Shown here: positions 1 to 8,916 of the stretch, piece by piece | Layout of the letters: each line of letters opens with the position of its first letter | Numbering within the stretch: position 1 is the first letter of the stretch | NCBI GenBank assembly: GCA_040905385.1 | Contig: JBBDRP010000002.1 | Span: 595,403 to 659,402, forward strand | Direction of reading: 5' to 3' | DNA: 64,000 bases | From: Minisyncoccota bacterium | GTDB lineage: Bacteria > Patescibacteriota > Minisyncoccia > Phycocordibacterales > SW-6-46-9 | Made by a program: the position numbers and the translations under genes | The notes under the pieces: model-generated | What the model saw: only the letters and a program-made list of their open reading frames with translations | The model's database searches: none | What the model was told of the DNA's origin: nothing

Positions 1-615
1 TTATCTATTTTTTGGATACTGGAACGATCAACGGTAGTCACTGAACTGACGACTGAGATCAGAACAATCAACGAAATTACTTTTACCGAGCTAGATACCA
101 TCACTATCACCCTCAAATCAGTGGCGCTTCATCATCGAGAGACCGGCTGGAAGACCATCTCTTACCCAAACAGAGACATTCCACTAAATACAGAGGTAAG
201 TACCAACCTTGATTCAGTATCTATCACAGAGGGGCAATACGATGCGGTACAGATAACCTTCTCCCAAGCTACTCTGCCCGAGGGTCGATCTAATACGGAA
301 ATATCCATACCTACAAAGCGCGTAGAAATCCCGGCCGACATCAACACCCTAAACGGCAGTCCGCAGCTAATAAAAATTACAATTGATGCCAAACATTCAC
401 TGTATAGATCAAACCAGGCCGAAAACGTATTCGTATTTCTCCCGCACATCTTATTTACATCCACTGTCGGAGATGCGATGTACACCAAAAACCATGTACA
501 TGTCACTGATGATGGAGATGTGCGCTACGGACGACCGTATATATTCACAGAGAGCAGTACTAACAGTCCTGCTGAAGAAGATACTTCATTAGAGAAGACT
601 AATTCTACTGAATAA
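1..615 (+). CDS. Partial exported protein, DUF4382-like (5' end outside window)
   Basis: Frame 1 is open from position 1 (LSIFWILERSTVV...) into the 121..615 ORF; beta-rich pattern 'VALHH..GWKT', 'GQYDAVQITF', 'ITIDAKHSL', 'FVFLPHI'. Confidence 0.55.
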   Translation, partial: LSIFWILERSTVVTELTTEIRTINEITFTELDTITITLKSVALHHRETGWKTISYPNRDIPLNTEVSTNLDSVSITEGQYDAVQITFSQATLPEGRSNTEISIPTKRVEIPADINTLNGSPQLIKITIDAKHSLYRSNQAENVFVFLPHILFTSTVGDAMYTKNHVHVTDDGDVRYGRPYIFTESSTNSPAEEDTSLEKTNSTE

Positions 616-643
616 TAACTCATATGTTAATTATAAGTAGAAC

Positions 644-668
644 AAAAAACCGGCAGGGCCGGTTTTTT
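644..668. terminator. Bidirectional intrinsic terminator
   Basis: AAAAAACCGGC-AGG-GCCGGTTTTTT between convergent genes. Confidence 0.85.
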
Positions 669-694
669 GCGATAAATATATTGTGTGTGGACGC

Positions 695-1621
695 TTATTC
701 CTGTGGAGTTGTCTCGGCTTCTGTTTCGGTTTCAATCTCAGACTCTTCTTCACCTTCAGCATCAGCTGCACCTTCTGTGGTTGGTGCTGACTGCGTCTGT
801 GTTGCCGGAGCCTGCTGCTGATTAATCTCAGCCGGGTAGCTTACGCCCTCAAGCAGTATCTCTATCTCGGCATTTTCACGTGCCTGATTTAGCAGATCAA
901 CGGCGATCTGTTGACGCTTCTGCTGAATAACTGCCTGCTCAATCTGCGGTCGCAGCTCTTCAAGTGATGGGGTCTGTACCTCCTGACCTTCTGGAGATGC
1001 CTGACCAATCTGTGCCGCATACTGCTGGTAAAGCTCATTAATTTCAGCCTCAGTAGCCGTGATTTCTCCACCGGCCTCCTGCTCGATATAGGCATTGATA
1101 AGAAGCTGGTTTCGTAGATCCTCTCGAACCTCCTCTTCAGTCACATCATTCTGCACCAGTCGATTCTCGAATTCATCGCGTCCAATCTGATCGATACTCG
1201 ACTGTAGCTGTGTCTCAACCTCTTCGTCACTGACTGTTACGCCGGCACCACGAGCTGCCTGAAGCTGTAGTTCGGTGTTTATGATTCCTTCCAGAAGCAC
1301 CTCCTGCTGATCTATATCAGAAAGATTATTAAACTGCTGTGCCTGTGGAGTATTCGCATTACGAAGACTTTGTAACTGTTCAGAGAGAACATCACCAGAA
1401 ATTTCTTCACCATTCACGATTGCTACCGGACCGCTTATATCACTTCCGCTTCCCACTTCAGACTGTGAAAAGTAGTATCCAGCCCCAACCAAGGCGGCTA
1501 CGATCACGACCGTTAAAATAGTACGCATAGCACCGCCACCGCCTGATTGACTCTCGGGCTTACTTTTACTCTGTGGTGCCTCCTGCTCATTTTGCTCTTC
1601 ATCTTTGCGTCGAATATCCAT
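695..1621 (-). CDS. SurA N-terminal domain (PrsA/SurA-like) membrane-anchored chaperone
   Basis: TM anchor, 'VAIVNGEEIS', 'LLEGIINTELQLQAARGAGVTVSDEEV', 'LRNQLLINAYI'; acidic tail. Confidence 0.8.
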   Translation of the reverse strand: MDIRRKDEEQNEQEAPQSKSKPESQSGGGGAMRTILTVVIVAALVGAGYYFSQSEVGSGSDISGPVAIVNGEEISGDVLSEQLQSLRNANTPQAQQFNNLSDIDQQEVLLEGIINTELQLQAARGAGVTVSDEEVETQLQSSIDQIGRDEFENRLVQNDVTEEEVREDLRNQLLINAYIEQEAGGEITATEAEINELYQQYAAQIGQASPEGQEVQTPSLEELRPQIEQAVIQQKRQQIAVDLLNQARENAEIEILLEGVSYPAEINQQQAPATQTQSAPTTEGAADAEGEEESEIETETEAETTPQE

Positions 1622-1704
1622 AGATTTGGGTTAAATAATTGATTAAAGGAACAACCGCTTGTTTATAACAACATAATATCACACTCCACAGAAAGGAAAG
1701 TGGA

Positions 1705-1875
1705 TTACTTCTTCTCTGTGTACAGTGTGTGTGTGCGAGCAACTGGATTATACTTCCGCATGGAAATCTTCTCCTTCAGCTTCGATTTGTTCTTTTTTGT
1801 ATAACGAATGTGCCCAGCGCCACGGCCGTTTTCGTCACCTTCTGATTCAAGTTTAATAATATTATTCTGTGACAT
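1705..1875 (-). CDS. rpmG: 50S ribosomal protein L33 (cysteine-free form), absent from ORF track
   Basis: Manual translation MSQNNIIKLESEGDENGRGAGHIRYTKKNKSKLKEKISMRKYNPVARTHTLYTEKK matches the L33 pattern IKL-S..GH.Y..KN..KL...KY.P..R.H..Y.E.K. Confidence 0.92.
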   Translation of the reverse strand: MSQNNIIKLESEGDENGRGAGHIRYTKKNKSKLKEKISMRKYNPVARTHTLYTEKK

Positions 1876-1950
1876 TTTTTCTCTAAAATTAACCAGTAAG
1901 ATTGCGGGTTCCTTCTGATTATAGCGTTTTATACCGTTTCTGCAATAAGT

Positions 1951-2499
1951 CTAGTCTAAAAACGATCGTAGTGTTGCAGTACTCTCATCCGAAAGCGAGC
2001 TCTTCTCATCAGCACCGGATGCCGCTACAGCAATGATTGTACTCAGCTCGCCGGACACATCATCGTCCTCCAATGTGATCGTGATCGGAAGATACGTAAT
2101 TTCTTCCTTGGATGTCAGCGGCATAATGCGATGCTGTGTAGAGCGCGGAAGTTGTAGCTGGGTATCACACGGAATCTCTCGTAGACTATCACCCTGCATG
2201 TACGCTAACGTAATCTCGGGATAATCACAGGAGTAAGAAAGAAATTTCATTCTCACCGAGGATGCCGGATCACTGACGCCAATAGTTACAGTTTCACGAT
2301 GTGAGGCATTGCGATTATCAATCCGCACCGACATTGTTTGTCGCTGAGCTTCATATGGCGTGGTAAGAGAAAAAAGATCCGCCATATATGGAGCAATGTG
2401 TATTGGCAGGACCAAACCACCGACCGCAATAATTGCTACCAGAAGAGTCAACTCACCAGCCGTCGACAAAACTTTCCGCTTTTTTCCTTCCTTTTTCAT
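1951..2499 (-). CDS. Hypothetical membrane-anchored protein
   Basis: 182 aa ORF, basic N-terminus plus TM helix, one Cys pair. Confidence 0.65.
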   Translation of the reverse strand: MKKEGKKRKVLSTAGELTLLVAIIAVGGLVLPIHIAPYMADLFSLTTPYEAQRQTMSVRIDNRNASHRETVTIGVSDPASSVRMKFLSYSCDYPEITLAYMQGDSLREIPCDTQLQLPRSTQHRIMPLTSKEEITYLPITITLEDDDVSGELSTIIAVAASGADEKSSLSDESTATLRSFLD

Positions 2500-2564
2500 G
2501 GGTAAAATATTACATTATTTTACTTATTTGTCAATTATTTCTTCTTATTAGTTCTATTATGTAG

Positions 2565-2593
2565 TTGACTAACGGATTATAATATTGTATCTT
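2565..2593 (+). promoter_or_regulatory. Sigma70-type promoter, leaderless, for the sortase gene
   Basis: TTGACT-17 nt-TATCTT, 7 nt before ATG 2601. Confidence 0.6.
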
Positions 2594-2600
2594 ATTATAT

Positions 2601-3281
2601 ATGACAGCAACTATACCGCGTACAGGTAAAACAACGGTGCCTTTTTGGCAGAACCGCTATCTCTACGCCTACACCGTAGCCGGGATGATGGCGATTTTAT
2701 ACCTACTCTTCTACTTTCTTGGTCTCGTACCAGTTGATTTTCGTTACGAGCCCAGCACACCAAGCCGTAGAAATACCCCCGCAGTGAGCGCTCAAAGCAC
2801 CACTACGATCGATAATCTTTCACCGGCCGTTCCGCAGAATGAGCAGGCTAGCCACATCACTATCGACAAAATCGGCGTTGATACCCCGATCATGAATCCC
2901 GTAAGTACCAATATCCAGACGCTCAACAACTACCTCTCCGAAGGAGCCGTCCGCTACCCCACCTCTGGCACACCCGGCGACGGAAATCTCTTCCTGTTCG
3001 GGCACAGCTCAGGTCTTTCCAACATCATCAATCAGGCCTACAAGGCCTTCAATAACATTGGTGAGCTCGAAAAAGGTGATACAATAAAAGTAGAAACGTT
3101 CTCTGGAACCTACTACTACTCCGTTATTGATGTCGAGCTACACAAGGATGCGGAAATCTTCGTCCCGTTTGATACGGGCAAGGATATGCTGACCCTGTCA
3201 ACCTGCAACAACTTCGGAGCCAAGGAGGACCGATTTGTCGTTCGGGCCAAGTTTACCAACTATGTACCTTACGTACAGTAG
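2601..3281 (+). CDS. Sortase (class D/E-like)
   Basis: N-terminal TM; catalytic His 'LFGHSS', 'LTLSTC' Cys and downstream Arg 'DRFVVRA'. Confidence 0.9.
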   Translation: MTATIPRTGKTTVPFWQNRYLYAYTVAGMMAILYLLFYFLGLVPVDFRYEPSTPSRRNTPAVSAQSTTTIDNLSPAVPQNEQASHITIDKIGVDTPIMNPVSTNIQTLNNYLSEGAVRYPTSGTPGDGNLFLFGHSSGLSNIINQAYKAFNNIGELEKGDTIKVETFSGTYYYSVIDVELHKDAEIFVPFDTGKDMLTLSTCNNFGAKEDRFVVRAKFTNYVPYVQ

Positions 3282-3304
3282 TAACTTGAGATGTCATTAA
3301 ATAA

Positions 3305-3332
3305 TTGACATATTATTAAATTAAGGTATTAT
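3305..3332 (+). promoter_or_regulatory. Sigma70-type promoter for the surface protein gene
   Basis: TTGACA-16 nt-TATTAT upstream of 3375. Confidence 0.55.
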
Positions 3333-3374
3333 TAGAAAGTATTAAAAGCCCAAAGTCAATTAATTACAAACATT

Positions 3375-5216
3375 ATGAATATGCAAGCAATCACAAAAAT
3401 TCTCAGGTTCATGGCTGTCCTCTCACTCATGTTCACACCATCAGTGGCAAGTGCCTGGGTAGACCCGGAAATCAGAGACTTTACTATTGATTGTGAGGTG
3501 GATGATAATGTCCAAGCTAATCTTTACAGTGTCACCTACTATAAGCTCACCAACGTTTCCACAGGTGACATCATTGTGGAATGGGAGGATCGAAATCAAC
3601 CAGAACATGATGAGCTACCGATTTCGTTCAATCTAGAAGACGGTGACTATCGTTTGTATGTTGAAAACTACGACGGTGACAGCATCCCCCCAAAGAACTT
3701 TACGGTTGATTGTGATAAGCCAGAACCTGAACTGGAAATCAAGCACCTGTGTGTTGGAACCAGTGCAAATAGTGGTGAGCTTGAGGTAACTGCCCCAAAT
3801 GGTCTTGACTGGTATGAGCTCTTCCGTACAGATACCACTCCAAATACATTGATCTCATCTAGTACAAACGTAACCGCAGGTGACATTAATGACCCTAAAT
3901 TTAAAAACCTTTCTGACGGAAACTACAGTTTTACAGGTACTCTTGGAACCAACTTCGAGACAGATACTACTATTGAATTCGATTGCTACGAAGAACCAGC
4001 ACTAGAACCTATCTCCTGCCCCTTTGATTCTAGTGACGGAACTGTAATTAACTTCAGCGAAAAAAATCGCGTCCGTGCTGACCTGGGTGAAAATGCTTCA
4101 CGAACTAACGTCGAAAGCGTCAATCTTCCTGCCGGTACCTACCGAGTACAGCTATTCGGATATGATCAGCATGAAAACCGCAGTAGTCAGACACAGCCTC
4201 GTGAGACATTCTTCCTCTCCTTGCTAAACAATGGAGTAGAAATCACGCAGACTCCTGAATTTGTTGGCTCTAGTAATCTTGGCGACCTAGAAGACGGAGT
4301 AAACTCTGCTCAGGATACCTTTGTAGTTAATAACTTTGCGGTACCTGAAGATATTGATGCTGTTGTAGGTATTAGTGCCCCGTATACTGACGGTGAAACA
4401 GACAATGCTAACAGCATCGATCTATGTGCCGCTTTTGAGTTAATAGAGGAAGAGCCACAAGATGACTTTACTGGACAGTGTGTAGTATCCCCACGCAACG
4501 TAGAGACTGGTGAAGATGTCACCTGGTCTGCAAGCGCCTCCGGTGGAGACGGAACATACACCTACAGCTGGGATCTTGAAGGCAGCAACGACGATGACGA
4601 TACTCGAGAAATTACTACTTCCTACAACAACGAGGGAACGTTTAATGGAACAGTAGAAATTTCAGATGGTGATCTCGTAATTCAGCGCACCTGCAGCATC
4701 CGTGTCGAAGATGAAGACGATAACGGTGGTGGAGGAGGTGGAGATCGACTAGATCCACGGGACCCTGATGATGACGGAGAAGTTCGCGGTGACCGCGACG
4801 TCTTCGGCGTCCAGTGTCTCCCTGAGAAGTCTGCCTACCTGGTTGGTGAGGTCGTAACCTTTAACGCCACTGTTGATGGTGACATCGACGAAGATGATGC
4901 CGACTTCAGCTGGAGCGGACACAGCTCACTTGACGAAGACGACGAGCGTGCGACCGCCCAGTACACCACAACCGGTATTAAAGAGGTAGAGGTAGAAGCC
5001 GAGTACGATGGCGATGTAGAGCGCGATACCTGTTTCGTACAGATTGCCGGCGCTGGTGTAACCCTCGACCAGGTGCCATACACCGGTCCTGGAGACACCG
5101 CCAAGACCCTTGGATTCATCATGACACTGGTGCTTCTATCTGGTATCGGAGCTCACACCATGATCCGACGCCGCGAGGACAGCATTCCGGTCGGAATCCC
5201 AAACAAGTCTAACTAA
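3375..5216 (+). CDS. Cell-surface protein with Ig/PKD-like domains and an LPXTG-like sorting signal
   Basis: Signal peptide; PKD-like 'ASGGDGTYTYSWD'; C-terminal VPYTG, hydrophobic helix and RRR. Confidence 0.82.
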   Translation: MNMQAITKILRFMAVLSLMFTPSVASAWVDPEIRDFTIDCEVDDNVQANLYSVTYYKLTNVSTGDIIVEWEDRNQPEHDELPISFNLEDGDYRLYVENYDGDSIPPKNFTVDCDKPEPELEIKHLCVGTSANSGELEVTAPNGLDWYELFRTDTTPNTLISSSTNVTAGDINDPKFKNLSDGNYSFTGTLGTNFETDTTIEFDCYEEPALEPISCPFDSSDGTVINFSEKNRVRADLGENASRTNVESVNLPAGTYRVQLFGYDQHENRSSQTQPRETFFLSLLNNGVEITQTPEFVGSSNLGDLEDGVNSAQDTFVVNNFAVPEDIDAVVGISAPYTDGETDNANSIDLCAAFELIEEEPQDDFTGQCVVSPRNVETGEDVTWSASASGGDGTYTYSWDLEGSNDDDDTREITTSYNNEGTFNGTVEISDGDLVIQRTCSIRVEDEDDNGGGGGGDRLDPRDPDDDGEVRGDRDVFGVQCLPEKSAYLVGEVVTFNATVDGDIDEDDADFSWSGHSSLDEDDERATAQYTTTGIKEVEVEAEYDGDVERDTCFVQIAGAGVTLDQVPYTGPGDTAKTLGFIMTLVLLSGIGAHTMIRRREDSIPVGIPNKSN

Positions 5217-5239
5217 CTCCTCCCCAACACAAAGACAGA

Positions 5240-5270
5240 AACACCCGGCTTTATAGCTGGGTGTTTTTTT
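5240..5270 (+). terminator. Intrinsic terminator
   Basis: AACACCCGGCT-TTAT-AGCTGGGTGTT followed by a T-run. Confidence 0.8.
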
Positions 5271-5308
5271 GTACCGAAGCAAAGAATATGGCATGTTACT
5301 ATTCTCAT

Positions 5309-5884
5309 ATGCATACCAAACGAAACTATCTTGTCCTGGCCGGGATTATCGCCTTCTTAGGCGCCTGGAGCCTGCTCCTGTGGCACTTTCCACCCCAAGA
5401 GATAGTTGACTACCTCGGTGTTGAAAATGGGCTGATTATCGCCTTTCTGGTCGCACTCTTTGGTGGCTTCTCTAGCTTTACCTCTGTGTCTTACTACAGC
5501 GTTATCGTCATCCTGGCTGCCGGTGGTGTGAATCCGATCCTGCTCGGAATCTGTACCGGGGTTGGCCTGACCTTTGGTGACTCACTAGTTTATTATCTGG
5601 GAACCCAGAGCCATGAAGTCCTTGAGGGCAGAATGCTCGAGTGGTCAAATCGTGTCTCTGCCTGGGTGAATGACCAACACGAGCGCATGGTGCAGCTTTT
5701 TGTATTTATCTACACCGGTCTCACACCACTGCCAAATGATCTTCTTACTGCCTCGCTCGGGCTGGCCACCTACTCATATCGACACTTCCTGCCGGCGCTG
5801 CTGCTGGGAAATATTACACTGGCGATTCTTCTAGCTGAGTTTTCCAACCTAGACTTTATAAAAACACTGCTTGGTGTCCAGTAA
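5309..5884 (+). CDS. DedA/VTT (SNARE-associated) family membrane protein
   Basis: Multi-TM; 'GLTFGDSLVYYLG', 'TPLPNDLL...LG...Y...FL..LLLG'; start set at ATG 5309 after a TGTTACTAT box. Confidence 0.75.
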   Translation: MHTKRNYLVLAGIIAFLGAWSLLLWHFPPQEIVDYLGVENGLIIAFLVALFGGFSSFTSVSYYSVIVILAAGGVNPILLGICTGVGLTFGDSLVYYLGTQSHEVLEGRMLEWSNRVSAWVNDQHERMVQLFVFIYTGLTPLPNDLLTASLGLATYSYRHFLPALLLGNITLAILLAEFSNLDFIKTLLGVQ

Positions 5885-5890
5885 GTTTTT

Positions 5891-6379
5891 TTAAATCGAC
5901 TGCTGCGTAAATGATCCATCCTCGGTATCGAAAATTCCCCACGACGGAGCACTGCCACGGTACGATATTGCCCCCGGATTCAGTACCCGCGCCCCTTTTA
6001 CCCGGCGGTCGGTAAACCGATGCGTGTGTCCATGAATGCACAGGTGATAAATCCCCGACTGTGCCTTAGCCGTTGCCTCCTGCGGATAGTGGTGCATAAA
6101 GATGCGTATACCCTTTCGCTGGATATCGCACACCTCACCGTGGTAAATAACGTTATCCGAGGCCGCTGCCGCGGCATGGATTTCATCCACCTCAAATTCA
6201 TTGTTACCAATTATGATATGCACCGGACCGAAAAACTCAGCTAGCGTCTCCACGCCCGCTGGCCGCACAAGATCACCAGCAAAAAACAGCACCTCACAAC
6301 TTTCATCACTCGCTGCAGCAACGGCGGCGGAGAGATCCTCCCAACTGTCATGGCTGTCTGAAAGTATTGCTATCTTCAT
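5891..6379 (-). CDS. Metallophosphoesterase, YfcE/MJ0936 family
   Basis: Motifs SDSH, AGD, GNN, HGHTH, NPG. Confidence 0.9.
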   Translation of the reverse strand: MKIAILSDSHDSWEDLSAAVAAASDESCEVLFFAGDLVRPAGVETLAEFFGPVHIIIGNNEFEVDEIHAAAAASDNVIYHGEVCDIQRKGIRIFMHHYPQEATAKAQSGIYHLCIHGHTHRFTDRRVKGARVLNPGAISYRGSAPSWGIFDTEDGSFTQQSI

Positions 6380-6402
6380 AGATACTCAGTATACCAAGAG
6401 AT

Positions 6403-6438
6403 AAAAAACCCCCCACTTTTGAAAAGTGGGGGGTTTTT
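6403..6438. terminator. Intrinsic terminator hairpin
   Basis: AAAAACCCCCCACTTTT-G-AAAAGTGGGGGGTTTTT. Confidence 0.85.
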
Positions 6439-6454
6439 AACTTTTAAGAGGCGC

Positions 6455-7039
6455 TTAGTACTGCGCTTCGGTTTCACCCTCAGTCTCGACCTCAACCTCA
6501 ACACCGGTTGCGGCGTCAGTCTCGTTGTCTACTTCTGCATCTGCGGACGTCGTAGCCGCTGTGTTGCTGTCTATCTCAACTTCTACCTCTGTGCCAGTTG
6601 CTGAATTCTCTTCAGTACCTGTTGTTTCGTTGGCAATCAAACGACAACCCTCAAAGACTACTTCTCCATCCTGTTCAATCACTGCCTCACCTTCCTGGCT
6701 TAGGAACGTGACATTGCCATCAGTAGATGAGTAGAGTGAGCCGTCGGCTCCTTCAACCTCGCTAAGTACCGCAACATCACCATTTGGTAGCGTTACCGAT
6801 GCTTCGCCGTCAACACTCATATCAGCCGTGATCTGCTCACCATCCTCACACCGAAATGTCTGCATATCCTCATCCATTTCTACCTGCTGTGTAGTTGTGG
6901 CTGAATCATTATCTTCTTCATCAGTATCTCCATTATTATTCGTAAGAAGTACTGCGCCACCACCAATTGCAATTGCCACAATAATAACGATAGCGATAGA
7001 GGAGATTCCATGATTTAGGTTCAAATTTCTATAATCCAT
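6455..7039 (-). CDS. Membrane-anchored MliC-like (lysozyme inhibitor) domain protein
   Basis: 'FRCEDGEQITA...LSEVEGADGSLY...TFLSQEGEAVIEQ...EGC' resembles MliC/PliC; acidic stalks; start uncertain. Confidence 0.6.
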   Translation of the reverse strand: MDYRNLNLNHGISSIAIVIIVAIAIGGGAVLLTNNNGDTDEEDNDSATTTQQVEMDEDMQTFRCEDGEQITADMSVDGEASVTLPNGDVAVLSEVEGADGSLYSSTDGNVTFLSQEGEAVIEQDGEVVFEGCRLIANETTGTEENSATGTEVEVEIDSNTAATTSADAEVDNETDAATGVEVEVETEGETEAQY

Positions 7040-7124
7040 AAACGTATATTTTAGGTTAAACATAATAATCTTAACTACGCTTCTCGACGCGGAGCGCATG
7101 TACAAAGGTCTCTAACTAGTTTTT

Positions 7125-7328
7125 CTAAACCGATCCATTTCCATAACACTCTCCGGACGACTCGCTCCAGATATTTCCACTAGACAAGCACGTATCACGA
7201 TCAACTGTCGGAACAGATGTTCCAATGCCTGCTGATAAACTTACGAGTAGCAGCAAGAAAACAATGACGATCAAGGAGATGAGCGCCATCTGTTTTCGGG
7301 TTGTTGGCTTATTCGCTTTCTCACTCAT
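7125..7328 (-). CDS. Small membrane-anchored protein with a C-x4-W-x6-C-type motif
   Basis: TM helix then 'CLSSGNIWSESSGEC', similar to the Cys motif in 11500..12168. Confidence 0.55.
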   Translation of the reverse strand: MSEKANKPTTRKQMALISLIVIVFLLLLVSLSAGIGTSVPTVDRDTCLSSGNIWSESSGECYGNGSV

Positions 7329-7368
7329 ACAATCAGAAATTCTCTACTACCGGCTACCATCATTATGC

Positions 7369-7593
7369 TTATTCCTCGACCTCTACGTGCTTGATCGTAA
7401 CGCCTTCAGACTCCATTTTCTCAGCGTCATCCTTTGAGAGGAACTTGAACATATTTCCGCCACAGTTTCCACACTCACCTCGTGCTGAGTAGCGTCCGCC
7501 CTTCTCCGTAACTTCAATATTATTCATCTCCTGAATCTGTTCCGCATTCTCATCGTGCTTGCACTTCATGCATAGAGCTGTAAGAGTTGCCAT
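7369..7593 (-). CDS. Small zinc-ribbon protein (DUF5679-like)
   Basis: 'ALCMKCK...GECGNCGGNMFKFL'; ATG 7593. Confidence 0.75.
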   Translation of the reverse strand: MATLTALCMKCKHDENAEQIQEMNNIEVTEKGGRYSARGECGNCGGNMFKFLSKDDAEKMESEGVTIKHVEVEE

Positions 7594-7694
7594 AAATTTA
7601 ATGTAATTACTTAATAAACTACGTATATAGTGCCATAAATCAGCCAATATATAAAGAGATATAATTCAAAACAGACAAATATCCGAAAGGCAAG

Positions 7695-8258
7695 TTATTT
7701 TTGACAGATGTAGATAAATGCCGGTGGTAGATTACGCACGACACTCGTCTTCGTTACCTGGGTGAATATACGAGCAAGATTGGACCGAAATAATCTCCCT
7801 CGAGGCAGTTGATGGAACGGAACATACGAGAAGGTCAGAAATAATCCATCCTTATCCAACGCTGTGTATATCTGGCGCAGAAGATTCTGCTGCTTTTCAT
7901 CCGAAAAACTCGTCCACGGTAGACCTGATATCACTCGCTGACACGTATCATGACCATCCATAGACAGATACTCAACAATATTCTCAGCATCACCGTGATG
8001 AACCGTAATTTGTGGATACTGCTGTCGCAGATGCTGGACAAATTTTTCGTTTATCTCAATACCAACATACTGACTACTTTTCGAAATCCTGGCTCGTATG
8101 TTGTCGGTAAATGCACCGGTTCCGGGACCTATCTCAACCACCACATCATCCGCCGTAATCTCAGCAGAGTCGACCATTAATTTCGCTAGTTTCTTAGAGC
8201 TCGGCGCTATGGCTCCGATTTTCTTCGGGTGTGTAGCTATTTCCTTTAGAAATTTCAT
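7695..8258 (-). CDS. Class I SAM methyltransferase, phospholipid N-methyltransferase (PmtA-like)
   Basis: 'P..IGAIAPSS..LA..M', 'VVEIGPGTGAFT', 'ISGLPW', 'RNLPPAFIY'. Confidence 0.82.
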   Translation of the reverse strand: MKFLKEIATHPKKIGAIAPSSKKLAKLMVDSAEITADDVVVEIGPGTGAFTDNIRARISKSSQYVGIEINEKFVQHLRQQYPQITVHHGDAENIVEYLSMDGHDTCQRVISGLPWTSFSDEKQQNLLRQIYTALDKDGLFLTFSYVPFHQLPRGRLFRSNLARIFTQVTKTSVVRNLPPAFIYICQK

Positions 8259-8263
8259 CTTTT

Positions 8264-8902
8264 TTATGACTCGCTCTCAATTTTCACATCCTCAATAACA
8301 ATGTCATCAAGCGGCTTATCACGCGCGTCAGTTTCGACTGCTGCCACTTCATCCACCACATCCATTCCCTCGGTAACGTATCCAAAGATCGTGTAATTAA
8401 ACGGTAACTGCTGATCCTGGTGCATAATAAAGAACTGACTACCATTTGTGTTCGGTCCGCTGTTGGCCATGGCGACCGTACCGCGCTGGTAACCACGCTC
8501 AGCAGCTTTGGAATCTGAATTAAGCTCATCGGCAAAGGTATAGCCCGGACCACCGGTGCCCGTACCAGTTGGATCACCTCCCTGGATCATGAAGCCCTCA
8601 ATAACCCGGTGAAAAATAACACCTTCGTAGAAATCATCCTCGGCCAGTGTGCGAAAATTATCTACTGTATTCGGGGCACTGTCAGGGAAAAAAGCTAGTT
8701 CGATGTCTCCTTTTGATGTCTTGATGGTTGCTGTCATGGTTGCGTTATTGTTAGTACGAGAAATATTCTGCTCCTGCTGGGTCGTGGTGCCAGTATCAAC
8801 TTGCTCCTCCGGCTGCTCAGGGCTTCTATCATTTGCCACAAACAGCCAGATGCTAATACCGATAATGATTACCAGTCCAGTTATTAAAAGTGATTTATTC
8901 AT
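8264..8902 (-). CDS. Cyclophilin-type peptidyl-prolyl isomerase, membrane-anchored
   Basis: 'FHRVIEGFMIQGGDP', 'AMANSGPNTNGSQFFI'; leaderless ATG 8902. Confidence 0.93.
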   Translation of the reverse strand: MNKSLLITGLVIIIGISIWLFVANDRSPEQPEEQVDTGTTTQQEQNISRTNNNATMTATIKTSKGDIELAFFPDSAPNTVDNFRTLAEDDFYEGVIFHRVIEGFMIQGGDPTGTGTGGPGYTFADELNSDSKAAERGYQRGTVAMANSGPNTNGSQFFIMHQDQQLPFNYTIFGYVTEGMDVVDEVAAVETDARDKPLDDIVIEDVKIESES

Positions 8903-8916
8903 AAGCTTAGTATACC

